Below, in pieces: positions 51,670 through 64,000 of a stretch of DNA of 64,000 nucleotides; position 1 is the first letter of the stretch; every line of letters begins with the position of its first letter. The stretch is from Camelus ferus. Taxonomy: Eukaryota. The notes beneath the pieces were generated by a model. That model saw nothing but the letters and a program-made list of their open reading frames with translations, was not told the DNA's origin and did not search any database. Both the position numbers and the translations under genes were made by a program. The DNA is taken from contig NC_045697.1 of the NCBI RefSeq assembly GCF_009834535.1, positions 111,974,001-112,038,000 of the forward strand, given 5' to 3'.

Positions 51670-53924
51670 GCATTATCATTAGGGAATTTTATCCTCATTT
51701 ATGTCTTTCTTTGGTTTGCAGAATTGAGGCGGCTAAGAGAGGATAAGGCATTATTTGACATCACACCGGAATTAAGCAATGTTCTTGCTTTCTGGAGGGT
51801 TGCATAGAATTCGTGGAGGAGGGGGTTTGATGCTTACACACTGGGGCATCTCGAGGTGAAGGAGAAAACCATTGTGTATACTTCTGTTTTCCCTTTCTGC
51901 TTAATTAGAATAAGCACATGTCATTACCTGCTGCTTAATTCAGCAGCTCTAAAATTCAAAGCTCATGTTAGTCTCATTTAACCACAATAGCTCCATTCAT
52001 TGGAGAACATTTCTTATGTCATCTTCATGAGTTCTTCACACTTGTCAGATCATGGATAATGTAGTAGTGATAATTTTGTTTTAATGCCTAGACCTAACGG
52101 TCCCCATCATTTTTGCTGCTGTTATTGGTGAAGATAATAAACTGCTGTTAAATTCCAATAATCTGAAAGATCACTAAAATGGCTGTTAGTCTGAGCTCTT
52201 TCTCCCTAGGGCATCAATTTGAATTTTTGTGAACTAAATTTTGCTTGGTTGTCTGTGTTTGTTGAGGCATGAGTATTTAAATCTTGATACAACAATTTTT
52301 TCCTTCTTGAGAAGGAATCCCCAGAGAGTTAACATGCCCCCTTTCCCACCTCCATCTGCCCTGCCTCACTCACGTAAAGGGATACTGGAGACAGAAATGA
52401 GAATCTTCTTTCTTGTATTAGGGTGGGAGGAGACAAGCCCTCTGGGGGAAGAGAAGGGCCTGGCACTGCTGATATTTTCCTAGTCTTTGGCTCAAATTCT
52501 TCCTGAAATAAAGAATTCAAACTTTAGGGACGTTTTAAAACATGGTATCAATCCCAACTGAGCAAGGGCATGTCTGGTCTCAGAGCTGCCGATAGCTAAT
52601 CGAAGCCGTGCTATCGAATGTGCTGATGTAGGAAATAAGAACTTGACCTGTTCAGATCTTACAGAGCACGTAAAAGTTAGTTCACAGCTTGGAGTAAAAT
52701 CCCAGACTTCCTTTGAGAGCACTGTGGGAAAAACATGTGACATTTTTATAAAAGTAGAAACATTGTGAAGGCTTTGGGCGCATCACTGATGTATTTCTGG
52801 AGTCTTCTGTCAATGGTGTGGCGAGAACTAATTGCTTAACTCCTGCTACACTGCTGTCCCCTCAGCATGTCCCACATGAAAACAATCACCTTTCTTGACA
52901 GGAGCAAGTAATTATTTCAGAATTGTCGGCTAGAGCGGTGCTCAGTATAACCAGTCTCCTAAGCCAGTTAGAATATTTCCTTCGAATTTTGAGGAAGCTG
53001 TAAGTTATATTTTATTTTACTCCAGAATGTCTCAAAAATGAAAGAAGTTATCTCCCTAAAACCCAGTTTCTTATTTCCTCTTAGAAGCAAATTTATGATG
53101 TGGGGGAATTCATGTGTCCTCAGACAAAATGTGTAGGATTTGAGAGTCCTGTTTTATCCTCTAGGTTAGTTAGGGACCTGCTTTATTCTGTGTAGAGGAG
53201 GGGAGAGTGGATCAGGGCACAGAACAGGAATGAGAAAACAATTTTCCTCCTCTCAAGTGTTGAATGTTTACTATGGGTTTTCACTGGTCAGCACATTCCG
53301 CAGGTTTCCCTGTCATTTATGTCTTTTACACTCAAGTAAAGGAGGCTGAGGCTCTCCTCCTGCAAATGCAGAAAGGAAGGAGTGGAGATGCCGCCAGACC
53401 CGGGCCCCAGGTAGGGAGTGGGAGGAGCTCATCGTAGTCCGCGCTCCTAGTGGGGCGGTGCCTATTAATTCATTGACGCCACATCGTCCCATAAAAATTA
53501 CTTCAAGAAATTTTTATTTGGCACTCTGAGGGCGTTATACGACTCTCAAAATCAAACGATGCCATTAACCTCCTCTAAGACTGCCACTTCCTTACGATTC
53601 CTGAGTTTTATCCGTCAGCAGACTGTTCTCTAAGCTCCTTCAGTGGGTAGGATTTCCTTCACAAGGGAAATCAGGATGCATGAAACATGGGTCTTGATGA
53701 GATGAGGTTTTGTCGGCAGAGGGAAGGCAGCCACTGGAGAACAGTGAACAGTCAGTCAGGCGCTATGTGATTAAGCACCACGTGAGTAACACAGAGCTGT
53801 CACGTTGCTGCCGCACCTTCGGTGGGCTGGGGCTGCTGGGAGGGGACTTGTGTGGGGCCCCGGAAGCAGCTGCAGTGAGGGCTGGGAGATACCCTGCTGG
53901 GGCTCAGAGTCCTTGACTCTCCCT

Positions 53925-54080
53925 CTAGGCCAGGCTTGAATGAATCACAGGCTCACCCTGTGTCTCAGTTTCCTCATATGCAAGATAAAAAACGTGGAAA
54001 TAGTTCTAGTGTCTGTCTAGATCAGAGGGTGATACTTCGAGTGAGTAAGTGTCCTTGGGATAAGGCAGCCTGTGCAATGA
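53925..54080 (+). mobile_element. MIR SINE
   Basis: ctgtgtctcagtttcctcatatgcaagata. Confidence 0.6.
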
Positions 54081-54169
54081 ATGGCCTCCTGCTACTCATG
54101 GCAACATCGACGGAGTGTCACTTTGGTGATCAGATTATGACGCAGAGGGACCTTTCTCTGGCTAGCAGA

Positions 54170-54515
54170 CCCTCTCCTTTGCCATCTTGGTTTGTGTACT
54201 TCTGTGAAGTGAGATGCTGTGTTGGAGAGGCCGCAGGCATGTCACTGAGGGCCACCTCCAGGCCCGCCGACCAACAGCCCACAAGGAACTGAAGTCTGCT
54301 GGCAACACCGGGCGACCCTGGAAGCAGACCCCTCCCCAGTCGAGCCTCCACATGAGTCTGCAAACCCTGGCCCATCACCCTAACGCTGGCCTTGTGAGAC
54401 ACCCAGAGGCAGAGGACCAGCTAAGCTGCGTCCAGGTTCCCAGCCCGCAGAAATCATGGTGGTTTTAACATGCAGTGTTTTTGGGTATTTTGATACTTAG
54501 TGGTAAATAATGAAT
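54170..54515 (+). mobile_element. MaLR MLT1-type LTR
   Basis: caacagcccacaaggaactgaagtctgc...gcagaggaccagctaagctgcgtccaggttcccagcccgcagaaa. Confidence 0.75.
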
Positions 54516-54904
54516 GTGCTCGTTTAGTTAAAAAATATTGTTCAGTATCACAAAACACTCCTTTTTATAATGCAGCTTTTATAATGGTGTAAATGATGTC
54601 TTCCAGGGATTTCTTAAAATTCCTGGTCCTTAAAATTCCAGGTCCTTGTGCTTGGTCCTGTGTTCTTGCTGGTACCTTCTTTTCTTAGACTTTCTTCTTC
54701 CTTGGGTTCAGGGGTGATGCTTGTGTCCAGCCTCCCTCCTGCCTCTGGCAGGCCTTCTCAGCTCCGTCCAGGTGTGGTGTTCTGGTCTTCCCTGTTCACT
54801 CTTTCTCTGTTTACCTCTTAAATATGAGAGGTCTATTTTAGGACTTTCCTGGTCTAAATCTGTGCCTTCTCAGTGTTTCTCTATCCTATACATATGGTTT
54901 AAAC

Positions 54905-55365
54905 CAGCATTTCCCAGAGCATGAAATATGAATGATTTCTGGAATGGGAGATGATTTTAGGGGGTTCACACTCATACAATGAACCAAAATCGAATCCCAT
55001 GATGAGAACGTCATGTCCATTTTAATGCTTTTTCTTTGCAGATTACACGAAATTTGAGCGGCTCCCTACGACAGGCTAACCATACATGGTGATACAGAAT
55101 GCAGCCCCCAAGAGCAGGCCTTCTGACAAGCAGAGACAGAATCTAATAACACTGTATTTATTTTTCTAGTTAGCTTTTATTTATGGCAGGTGACACTGAC
55201 TTTCTGGTGATGGTAGTAATATTAACTCTTCTCCTAAGTTAGTGTATTCAAGTGAAAAAAGAAAACTTATAGGAAAACTCTAAGTGAGTAACAGTGTACG
55301 TCGCAGGCAGGTCATGACAGTAGTGGCTGTGCTGTGCGAGTGGTGGAGGTTGTACACTGCACTCA
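54905..55365. mobile_element. hAT-Charlie fossil (MER113-like); a related piece lies at ~55850-56112
   Basis: cagcatttcccagag...gagatgattttagggggttcacac; the second piece ends ttgggaaattctg. Confidence 0.45.
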
Positions 55366-55581
55366 GGGCCCTGGAAACCACTCGTGTATCTTAATCCTCA
55401 GCTGGCTTATTTACTGGCTCTCAGTGAGTTGACTGTGAGTTCCGAAATGCAGGGTACGAATGCTGAAAATAAAAAAGAGTGACAGAGTGTTGTTAAATGT
55501 CAGAGCTCTGACTTGAAGATGATCTCTCTCAGATTATCCCAGTTGCCCCAGTCTCTCCATCTTCGTGTGGATGGTCCAAAG

Positions 55582-55730
55582 CAGCGGTTCTCAAACTTTA
55601 AGGTAGGGACACCAGATTCACACGGAAGACTTTCTAAAGCATAGATTGAGCCCTACGCCTCCAGAGTTTCTGATTCAATAGGGCCTGAGAATTTGCATTT
55701 CTGAGTTACTAGAGCCAGAGACCACATTTG
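55582..55730. mobile_element. MER5A-like hAT-Charlie element
   Basis: cagcggttctcaaacttt...ccagagtttctgattca...gggcctgagaatttgcatttct. Confidence 0.8.
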
Positions 55731-56229
55731 GTCTAAGCCAGGTCTTGAACTAATTCCTTATAAATTCTTTGGGGCTTAATTTTCAAAAAGGAGGGTTTTG
55801 ACTAAGGATAATAGACTCGTAACATTTTAGAATTGGAAACAACAGGTCCTGTGTTTCCTAAAAGCATTATGTGGTTTTCACTGGTGGTATTGGAGAAGGA
55901 TTTAGATGCTATATGAAAAGGATACACTATGTAAATTTTGTTATGTACTTATATTAAGGTGAACTAGAAAAATATGGTCCATCAAACCCCTGATTTTACT
56001 AATTTAAGATGCGGCTTAAGGTGAGTCAATCAAAAATTACTGAGTAAATAATACTATGGGTATTTCTTGGATTGTGATGGGGAACATGAATAATGGAATT
56101 GGGAAATTCTGGTTTATGCTAATCGCTCTGATGACTCCTAAAGCCATATTTCCTGAATAGATCTCCCTCTTAAAGTTAAATTTCAAAAAAACCAATAGTC
56201 TAATAGATCCCCCTTAATTCTGTTTATTT

Positions 56230-56660
56230 TATTTGGTTCAGGCCTTCAACAATTCTTTCTTTGATCCTGGCAGGGGCTTCCTAATTGCCTTTCCTTCTTC
56301 TGCTCTGTTCACTCTCCACACCATTTCCGGGGACATCTCCCTGAAACAAATAAGAGTACGTTACTCCCATGCCCCGAGTCCATCAATGGCTTCCTCGTGG
56401 CTTAGAATAAAGCTCAAATTCCTTAACATCTTACCCAAGCCACATGGATCAGTCTTCCACCCTCACCTTCCACTCTTCTCCCACATCGACATGAGAGCCA
56501 CTTTTACTGAACTACCACACATGTTGGAAAACCTCCCTCCTCCTCAGCCCCTGGGCCTTTGCACATGCTTGTTGTTGGCCACACATGCCTTTCCTCTGCT
56601 GTTTCATATGACTGACTCTTACTTAGTCTTTAAGACTCAGCTGACCCCAGCCCTCATGGT
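56230..56660 (+). mobile_element. L2 fragment
   Basis: tcaatggcttcctc...cttagaataaagctcaaattcctta...gggcctttgcacatgct. Confidence 0.7.
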
Positions 56661-58789
56661 AAGAAATTGTGATATGTCTATCAGAATATCTATCATGCTA
56701 TTTTCTACAGTAAAATTTTAAAATCATAAAGTGAATGATTGGAAATTTTCCAAATGTTATGAAAGCATAGAGAAAGTCTTCCTTCCCACCTTTCCCCAGC
56801 CTCGCTCTCCTTCCTCAAGGTAGCACTGTTAATAGTTCAGTGTGTTTTCTAGACCTTTTTATCTGCATTTACAAACATACATATAAATAATGGAATCCAA
56901 GAAAAAGGTTCAGCAGCTCGCTTTTTTGCATTTCGTATCTCATGGGCATCTGTGCTTGTCAGGGCTTGAGAATCTCCCGCATTCTTCTTAGCAATTGCCT
57001 TTTCTTCAAGGAGAGATCAGGGGAAGAGGCTGACTTTCACGCTTCCAGGGTTCTTTAGGAATGCTAGAAAAATCTTCATTTAGTGTAGCAACTCGTCTTA
57101 TTTTTCTTCTTATTTTATGTCCTTGAGTAACATATCTACACTGTTTTCCCAGAGTAATTTCCCAGACATTTCTTGTATTATTTATCTATGTGTTCATTTA
57201 TTTATGTCATCAATCTTTTCCCATCATGATGCAAGTTTTTGTCCTTGTGACCCTCCGCGTTCACCTCTAGGACCTGTTCCTTCATTTCATGTATTTGAAT
57301 GAAACATCAGAGGGTTTCAAGAATATTACTGAATTCAATTTTCACAGTGCTTCTGTGAGCTCAGCGAGATAGAATTATTCCTATTTCACAAGGGGACAGC
57401 TGAGGCTTAGGGAAAGTTGCCCAACCACAGACCGAGTGTTCTGTCCCATGTCTGTTCCTTGTTCAGGACTCACCACTGTGATGTCCCGGCAGGTCTACTC
57501 TGAACCCCTGTATTTACTCTTCCACATAAAAAGTCTATTCTGTTTCTTTTTCTTTGGATCAATTAATTTATATTAAAAATATTCACACTCCCAGTGACTT
57601 ACTATGTTACCCCTCCCAAAGTCATTACTTTAGGAGTTGGTGAAGTAATCTAAAAGAATGAGAATCATGGTAGAAATCATTGGATAAAATAATTTTAATT
57701 GGAATAGACCTTCTGGTGCACCCCAATTTTACATAGAAGGTCTGAATCCATGCCTTTGAGTGAAGTCACACCTATTGCTTATGTGTTAGGAAGACACAGC
57801 TCTCACAGATTTTTTTTTTTCTTGGCATATTCTGCTTTATTTTTTTTTTCCCATTTTTTTTCTCTGATCCATTCCAGTCAATTTTTCAAATAACCCTGAA
57901 GGGAAATTCAGATCGGTTTAGTTACTTTGAAAACTTTTCTTCGAAAACTTTTCTTCAGAATAGCTTACAAAGTTTTTGAACTGTTGGTATTCATTTTCAA
58001 AAAAATATTTCATGAAAATGACCAAAGTATTTTTGGAACGTAAACCTCATAACTAGGCAATGACTACCTAACTCTTGAGTTCTCACTTTAATTCTGTGAT
58101 TCTGAGATTTTCATTGCTAAAGGGTTGATTGGGGAACCTGACAGTAATGTCCTCAAAGCACTTGGAGGTCTGGAGGGGCCATCTGTTGTTTCAATAAGAT
58201 CTTCTCTTCCTGTTGTGTGTATATTACTGTTTACAAACAATGGGATCAGAGGAGGAATAAGACTTGCCCCTGGCAAGGAGTTTGCCTTCTCTTCCTTGTC
58301 TGCATGAAACCATGATTTTTTTTTTTCAAGAAAAGTATTAGCACTGAAATCTGTAACTTTTATTCAGAAAGAGGACTTTTTTTTTTTTTTTAATAAAGAA
58401 CCAGGCTTCATCTTTATCAGCAAGACTTTTTCATCCCTGTGGTGCTTGTAAGCACATGCAGAAAGATGATCAGTGATTCTGAGGAGGGCAGTGCAGCTTC
58501 CTGTTGGGAGTGAGGGGAAGCCAACAGCATCCCTGCCCTGAGCAGGGAAAGGGAGCTGCAGGTAGTGTAAACAGGGGTCTGGGCAAACTAATCAGCTCAG
58601 GGGAGGACGGCAGGAGATAGCATCACTGGTTTGCTGTAAATGCAATTTAATAAACTTTAGGAAACAAACGAAAAAAGAGAATCCAGGGATTACCTAGAGA
58701 TGGATCCAGTTTCCCCTGTAATCTCCGCCTGTGAACCAATCCCTCTTTAAATGGTTTGTCTTGCAATGATAATAGGATCAGCGATGGTA

Positions 58790-58990
58790 CAGACTATCGT
58801 TTACCTCCCGAGCATCCACAGGAGCCAGGCTCTGTGCTAAGCGTGCTGCACATGGACCGATTCCCTTCAATCCCTCACACCGCTGGTGGGGCAGGCACCA
58901 GACGAGGATGCCGAGCCCCAGCATTAACCATCTGCTCAAGGATGAAGAGCTGTGGGTGCAGGGGTGCGAGCCAAACCAGTTAGAGATGGT
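58790..58990 (-). mobile_element. MIR SINE
   Basis: gagcatccacaggagccaggctctgtgctaagcg...ttcaatccctcacac. Confidence 0.55.
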
Positions 58991-59659
58991 CCCCTCCTGT
59001 GCTTACGCTGGTTGGCTTCTCCAAACCGTGGACTGAGCTGCAGCGCTCTGAGTGTGCAGTGGGGCTAATGAAAAACCAAGGTTATATACGAGGAACCCTC
59101 CTGGGCTGCCGGGGCCGAACACTTCAGCATTCACAGTACGACTAAGAAAATAAATATTCCAGGGGCAGCAGTGTGATATTTTAATGTGGAGCAATTACTT
59201 AACCCACCAAACTTAGAGGGTATCCACTTTGTGAAGTCCAGTTTATGCAACTGTGTGCACTTGCAAGGAATATAAGGGATCCCTGTTTGACCTCTGAAAA
59301 GTTGTATTGGGATGACAACCCTGGGGAGATGGGAAAAGGGCGAACGGATGTAAGAGGATGAGATGAATGTCTACCTTCACATAGATGTTGCTGATGATTT
59401 GAATACTCTAACAATAGACTCGCAATGCATAAAACAAAGCAGGCATGTAGCAACTGTTCAATGAATTTCACTGCCAAAACCACTTTAACTGAATACAATG
59501 TGTGATGCCCGAGGCACTTTCCTCTGCACACCCTCCCCAACCTCACCTCCCTGTTTAGTTGCTCTGGTGGAAAGAACACTGCCCTGGAAGTGGGGAGCCC
59601 TGAGATGGGTTTCCAAAGCCACACACTAACTGTGAGACCTTAGGAGAGACATGCTGGTG

Positions 59660-60655
59660 CTGCATGGTTACAGAGATGGCTGCAGAGTCATTGTCTTGTG
59701 CATTCACACCCTTTGGCCATGCCCTCCCACGCTGGTTCTGGGCTGGACCACTTACCTAGTTTTTCTTTTCTTTTTTCTTTTCTTTTTTTTAAATTTAAGC
59801 ATAATTGGTTTCCAATGTTGTGTCAATTTCTGGTATACGGTATAATGTTTCAGTCATACATACATACATTCCTTTTCATATTCTTTTTCATTATAGGTTA
59901 CTACAAGGTAGTGAATGTAGTTCTCTGTGCTCTACAGTAGAAACTTGTTCATCTATTTTATGTATAGTAATTAGTATCTGCAAATTTTGAACTTCCCATT
60001 TATCCCTCCCTGCCCCACTGCCACCCCCGGTAACTGTAGGTTTGTTTTCTATGTCTGTGAGTCTGTTTCTGGTTTGTAAATAAGTTAATTTGTGTCATTC
60101 TTTTTAAGGTACTGTATCTAAGTGATATCATATGGTGTTTTTCTTTTTCTTTCTGGCTTATTTCATTTAGTATGATAATTTCTAAGTCCATCCATGTTGC
60201 TGCAAATGACATTATGTTATTCTTTTTTTATGGCTGAATAGTATTCCACTGTATGAATATACCGCAGCTTCTTTATCCAATCATCTCATGTTAGCTTTGA
60301 GTGACAGACTTGAGCAAAGGTGGCACCTGCAGACATACAACATGACTGCACATCTGGTTTACTTGCCTTTGCTGCCCTCAGAACTCTGACTGCCTCAAGA
60401 AGAAGCCCAGGTTAGCCTGCAGGGTGATGGCATATGAGTGGCCTGTGTGTCCTGTTATCTGGGCCAGACATACGAATAAGGCCATCCTGGTCAGCCGGAT
60501 GCTAGCTGACTCACCAGCAAGTCTAGCTAAAATCAGCTGAGCTGCCCTAACCAGAGGAGCCTGCCCAGCTAATTCACAGAATTAGATCCACATACGTAGT
60601 TGCTTCTTTAAGCTGTTAAGTTTTGGGGTGGGTTGTTCATAGAAAAACGGATACA
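59660..60655 (+). mobile_element. MaLR MLT1-type LTR split by an L1
   Basis: ttctgggctggaccac...; agaagaagcccaggttagcctgc...ttttaagctgttaagttttggggtgggttgttcatag. Confidence 0.6.
59765..60286 (-). mobile_element. Young L1 3' end
   Basis: Minus ORF MSFAATWMDLEIIILNEISQKEKEK plus 3' UTR and T tail. Confidence 0.92.
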
Positions 60656-61691
60656 AAATCCACTCAAAAACATAAATGATCAGTAACAACATATGCCTTG
60701 CCTCTCCCAAAGAATGAAGCAGCTGTGCTGTGATGGAGCAGCTCCAAAGGCCGGCGTGAGACGTGCAGGGCGAGGCAGGGATAGTGATTGGTGGTGTGAC
60801 CATGTGCAGGACCATGGACTCCCTGCAGCTCTGGTCCAGGTCTGACCAGCAGCCTGTGCTTGTCTGAGTTTCTCACCGTGGTCGGAAGGACATCAGCCAC
60901 CACCATCTTTTCCTCTGACATTAAGCTTTTCCCGGTCATTTGACTTTTATCTTTCTTTTTTTAATACTCAGCATATCTGGATTCTTTCTGAATATCATTC
61001 CCAAGGGGAGAGTCACGGAGTCCATAGTGAAACATTTTTGAGAGTTTAACTTGGAGATATGGAAAAAGATGTCCAATCTGTAGCGATGCTAGGAATGCAA
61101 TGTCAGTAAACGAGAATTCCTCAAAACAGGGGTGAGTACCTCCTCAGCTAAAAATGTAATTGACCCAAGTGGGTCTCTATGTGATGGATTTGTGCGTTTG
61201 GATTCACATTTGTCTAGTGAAAAAATATATATTTTTTTATAATCTGGTAATACTGTAGGTCGTATAGACAAAAGTGCACAAAACCTAGAGGTCTTATTTA
61301 CAGAGAATGTATGAAGCACACACCTCTGTGACCACACTCGGGTCCAAGGGGGAGCCTTGCCCGCACACCAGAAGTCCCCTTCTGTTCACCCTCCCTACTC
61401 CCGCCCAACATTAAACTCCATACCACCCTGTACGAAGATCAGGTCCTCACGTAACTTCATAGCTTTACCTGCGGAGTTTAACCACCTTACGTGTGTATCC
61501 CTAAATCCTAGTTTAGTCTTACCTGCTTTGAATTTTGTATCATTGAAGTCATTGTCTGTATATTCTTTTTTTGCTTGCTTCTATTTCTTCACGCTATTTT
61601 TCCAGCTTTGTGTAGCTGTAGTCTATTCATTTTCATAGGCAGATATTCCATTGTATGAATACACTGGACAATTTGCTGTTGAAAGACACAT

Positions 61692-61800
61692 CAAAGAAAA
61701 TAAAAACGAATATATGTATGTGTATGTATGACTGGGACATTGTGCTGTACACCAGAATCTGACACATTGTAACTGACTGTACTTCAATTAAAAAAAAAAG
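61692..61800 (+). mobile_element. Short young L1 3' tip
   Basis: gctgtacaccagaatctgacacattgtaactgactgtacttcaattaaaaaaaaaa. Confidence 0.85.
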
Positions 61801-62977
61801 AGACAGATTAGTAATTTCCAACTTTCGGATCTTACAAGCAGTTCTGCTGCGACTATCCTTACCCGTGTCTCCTTGTGCACATGCACACTTATTTCTAGAG
61901 GGAGTGCCCTTTTTGGATCATAAGACAAGCACATCTTCAAATTTAGTCAAAGAGACCAAACTCTTTACTGAAGTGGCATCACCATTTAGCCTGCCATGAG
62001 CAGTAGGAGTGTCCCAACACTCCACGTCCTTGTCTGCACTTGATGTTGTCAGACTTTTAATTTTTGCCAATTTGGTAGATACGAGGTAGAATCTCTTTAT
62101 GATTTCAATCTGCATTTTCTGTACATTACTGAAGCTGAACACTTAATGCATTTTTTAGCCATTGGATTTCTTTTTTTTTTAAGTTAAGTTTTTTCCAATC
62201 AGCTCTTTTTTTTCATTTTTCAGTTTTATTAGGTAGAATTATTACAATTTGACAGCACATATACAATATATTGCATGTAAATACATGTACACAATATACT
62301 GCACATATTTTAAAAATTTACATATATATACTGTTCATTGTTTTTAAGAATGTTTAGAGCTTTAGCTTTTTAAACTTACATAGTTTTTGGATTTCTTTTT
62401 TATGAACTTTCTGTTCAAGTCTTCTGTCTTTTTTTTTTCCTTTTGTGTGTGTCTTTTTTTCTTTTACACTTTATAGACTTTTTAAAAAAAACATGGTTTG
62501 AATATGAATGTTTATCTGGTTTTGTGTGTTGCAATAGCTTTTCTTGTTCTTGGTTGTTTTTTGTTTTTTTTTTTCTCTTTATAAATATAAATCTTTTTTC
62601 CTGATGGCTTGTTATGGCTTATTTAAGAAAACTTTTCCTACCCTGAAGTCACAAATATAGTTTCCTATATCAGGTCCTAAAAGCTTTACACATTTGTCTT
62701 GCACGTGAAATGTGTAACCCATCAAGTGTTGATTCTTGTATGTGTATGAAACAAAGCTATAGTTTCATTATTTTCCGTATGAGCACATGCTCGTTCCAGA
62801 ACCACTGCTTGAGAGGACACGATTTCTCCTCTGCCCTGCCACGCCAGCTCAGTTGTAAATCAAGTGTTCAGATACCTGCGCATCCATTTCTGGCCTTCTT
62901 GTTCTGCACCCCTGGGCGCCTTGTCTCTCCTTGCACTAATGCCACAGTCTCCTAATTATCACAGCTTTATGATGTCT

Positions 62978-63105
62978 TTTTAATTTAAAAAAAATTTGGG
63001 GGGGAAGGTAATTAGGTTTCTTTCTTTCTTTATTCTTGGAGGAGGTACTGGGAATTGAACCCCGGACCTCGTGCATGCTCTACCATTTGAGCTGTACCCA
63101 CCTCC
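62978..63105 (-). mobile_element. tRNA-derived SINE
   Basis: ggtaattaggttt...ggaggtactgggaattgaaccccggacctcgtgcatgctctacca. Confidence 0.88.
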
Positions 63106-63654
63106 ACCACGTCTTGATACCTGGTAGAAGGTGTCTTCACACCGAGTTCATCTACGAGCAAGTCTGAGCTCTTCCTGGTCTTTTCCATTCCCACACAAAT
63201 CTTGAATGAGCCTGGGACGTTCTGCTCACACACACAGATTGATTGTTGCTGGTATGTGGAAGTATTACCACATTTCTTTCTTACGTGTTGAATTTATATG
63301 TTTTGACAGGGAGCTGACGCAATCAGATATGTTCAGGATGACTCTGGAGGTAATCTGGAAGGACGGATGGGGTGGGAAGCAGAAAGATGAGTGTATCATT
63401 GACTGTAATTAGGATCTGGGAACAGCAGTGTAGGGGCTGGTTTACGAGCAGTTTTGCAGACAGCAGGGAAGATTGTGGAGCCGTTGCCTTGAAGTGACTG
63501 ACCTAAGGAAACAGGCTTTGGGGGAGAAAGGTTACATGAATATGCTGAGGAGAAAATAGTGAATCGATGGAAACTTCTTCAAAACAGGCTGCCCACAGGC
63601 TATGTGGAAACATTTACAACGGTAAAGTTTCAAAAAAAAAGAATCAGAATTGTC

Positions 63655-63828
63655 AAACAACAAGGACCTACTGTACAGCACAGGGAACTATATTCAACAT
63701 CTTGTAATGACCTATAATGGAAAAGAATCTGAAAAAGAATGTTATATACACGTATAACTGAACCACTATGCTGTACACCTGAAACTAACACAACACTGTA
63801 AATCAACTATACACTTCAGTTTAAAAAA
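63655..63828 (+). mobile_element. L1 3' tip
   Basis: caaggacctactgtacagcacagggaactatattcaa...; TSD cagaattgt. Confidence 0.88.
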
Positions 63829-64000
63829 ACCAGAATTGTAGAGAACACTGAAAGAACAGGAGATTTGCGGCTGATATCAAACTGGCGACTGACAAATGTG
63901 TTAACAAAAGAATTATGCCTGCCTCCACTTTGTTTAATATTATTTTTCAGTTTCTGACATTGCCAGCAATAAGTGTTTCAATTTCTACATCTGGTGCCTT

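Larger units (their letters stand above)
61230..63210 (-). mobile_element. Old L1 (L1M-type) 3' region with nested insertions
   Basis: atattccattgtatgaata, ttttgccaatttggtag, cttatttaagaaaacttttcctaccctgaagtcacaaa. Confidence 0.7.

Noticed and set aside
52590..52616. Hairpin cgatagc...gctatcg
   Set aside because: A 7-bp stem is too short to be significant in 64 kb.
53440..53460. CTCF-like CCACTAGGAGCGC on minus
   Set aside because: The GGC half of the core is out of register; poor match.
57929..57956. Tandem duplication gaaaacttttcttc x2
   Set aside because: Ordinary slippage duplication with no further structure.

Overview
Mammalian nuclear DNA, most likely camelid (alpaca/camel), judged from about ten copies of a tRNA-derived SINE resembling Vic-1 and a matching young L1 3' UTR. 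I can support no intact protein-coding gene. Most long ORFs in the track are L1 ORF2 debris or chance ORFs. Much of the window is transposon-derived: young and old L1, L2, L3/CR1, MIR, MaLR/MLT1, ERV solo LTRs and hAT/Tigger fossils. Repeat family names come from recalled consensus features, not from a database search. Four signals are not explained by transposons. (1) A ~320-bp inverted duplication of apparently unique sequence (36933-37253 / 38895-39217) brackets a CpG-rich 1.6-kb spacer and has a near-identical 59-bp core. (2) A minus-strand CCAAT/GC/TATA promoter-like CpG patch at ~49.8-50.0 kb is followed by a degenerate 9-bp tandem array and a 165-codon frame broken by one TGA. (3) Candidate minus-strand non-coding exons lie downstream of that promoter. 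(4) Several good CTCF motifs are present. None of these is shown to be functional; they are hypotheses.
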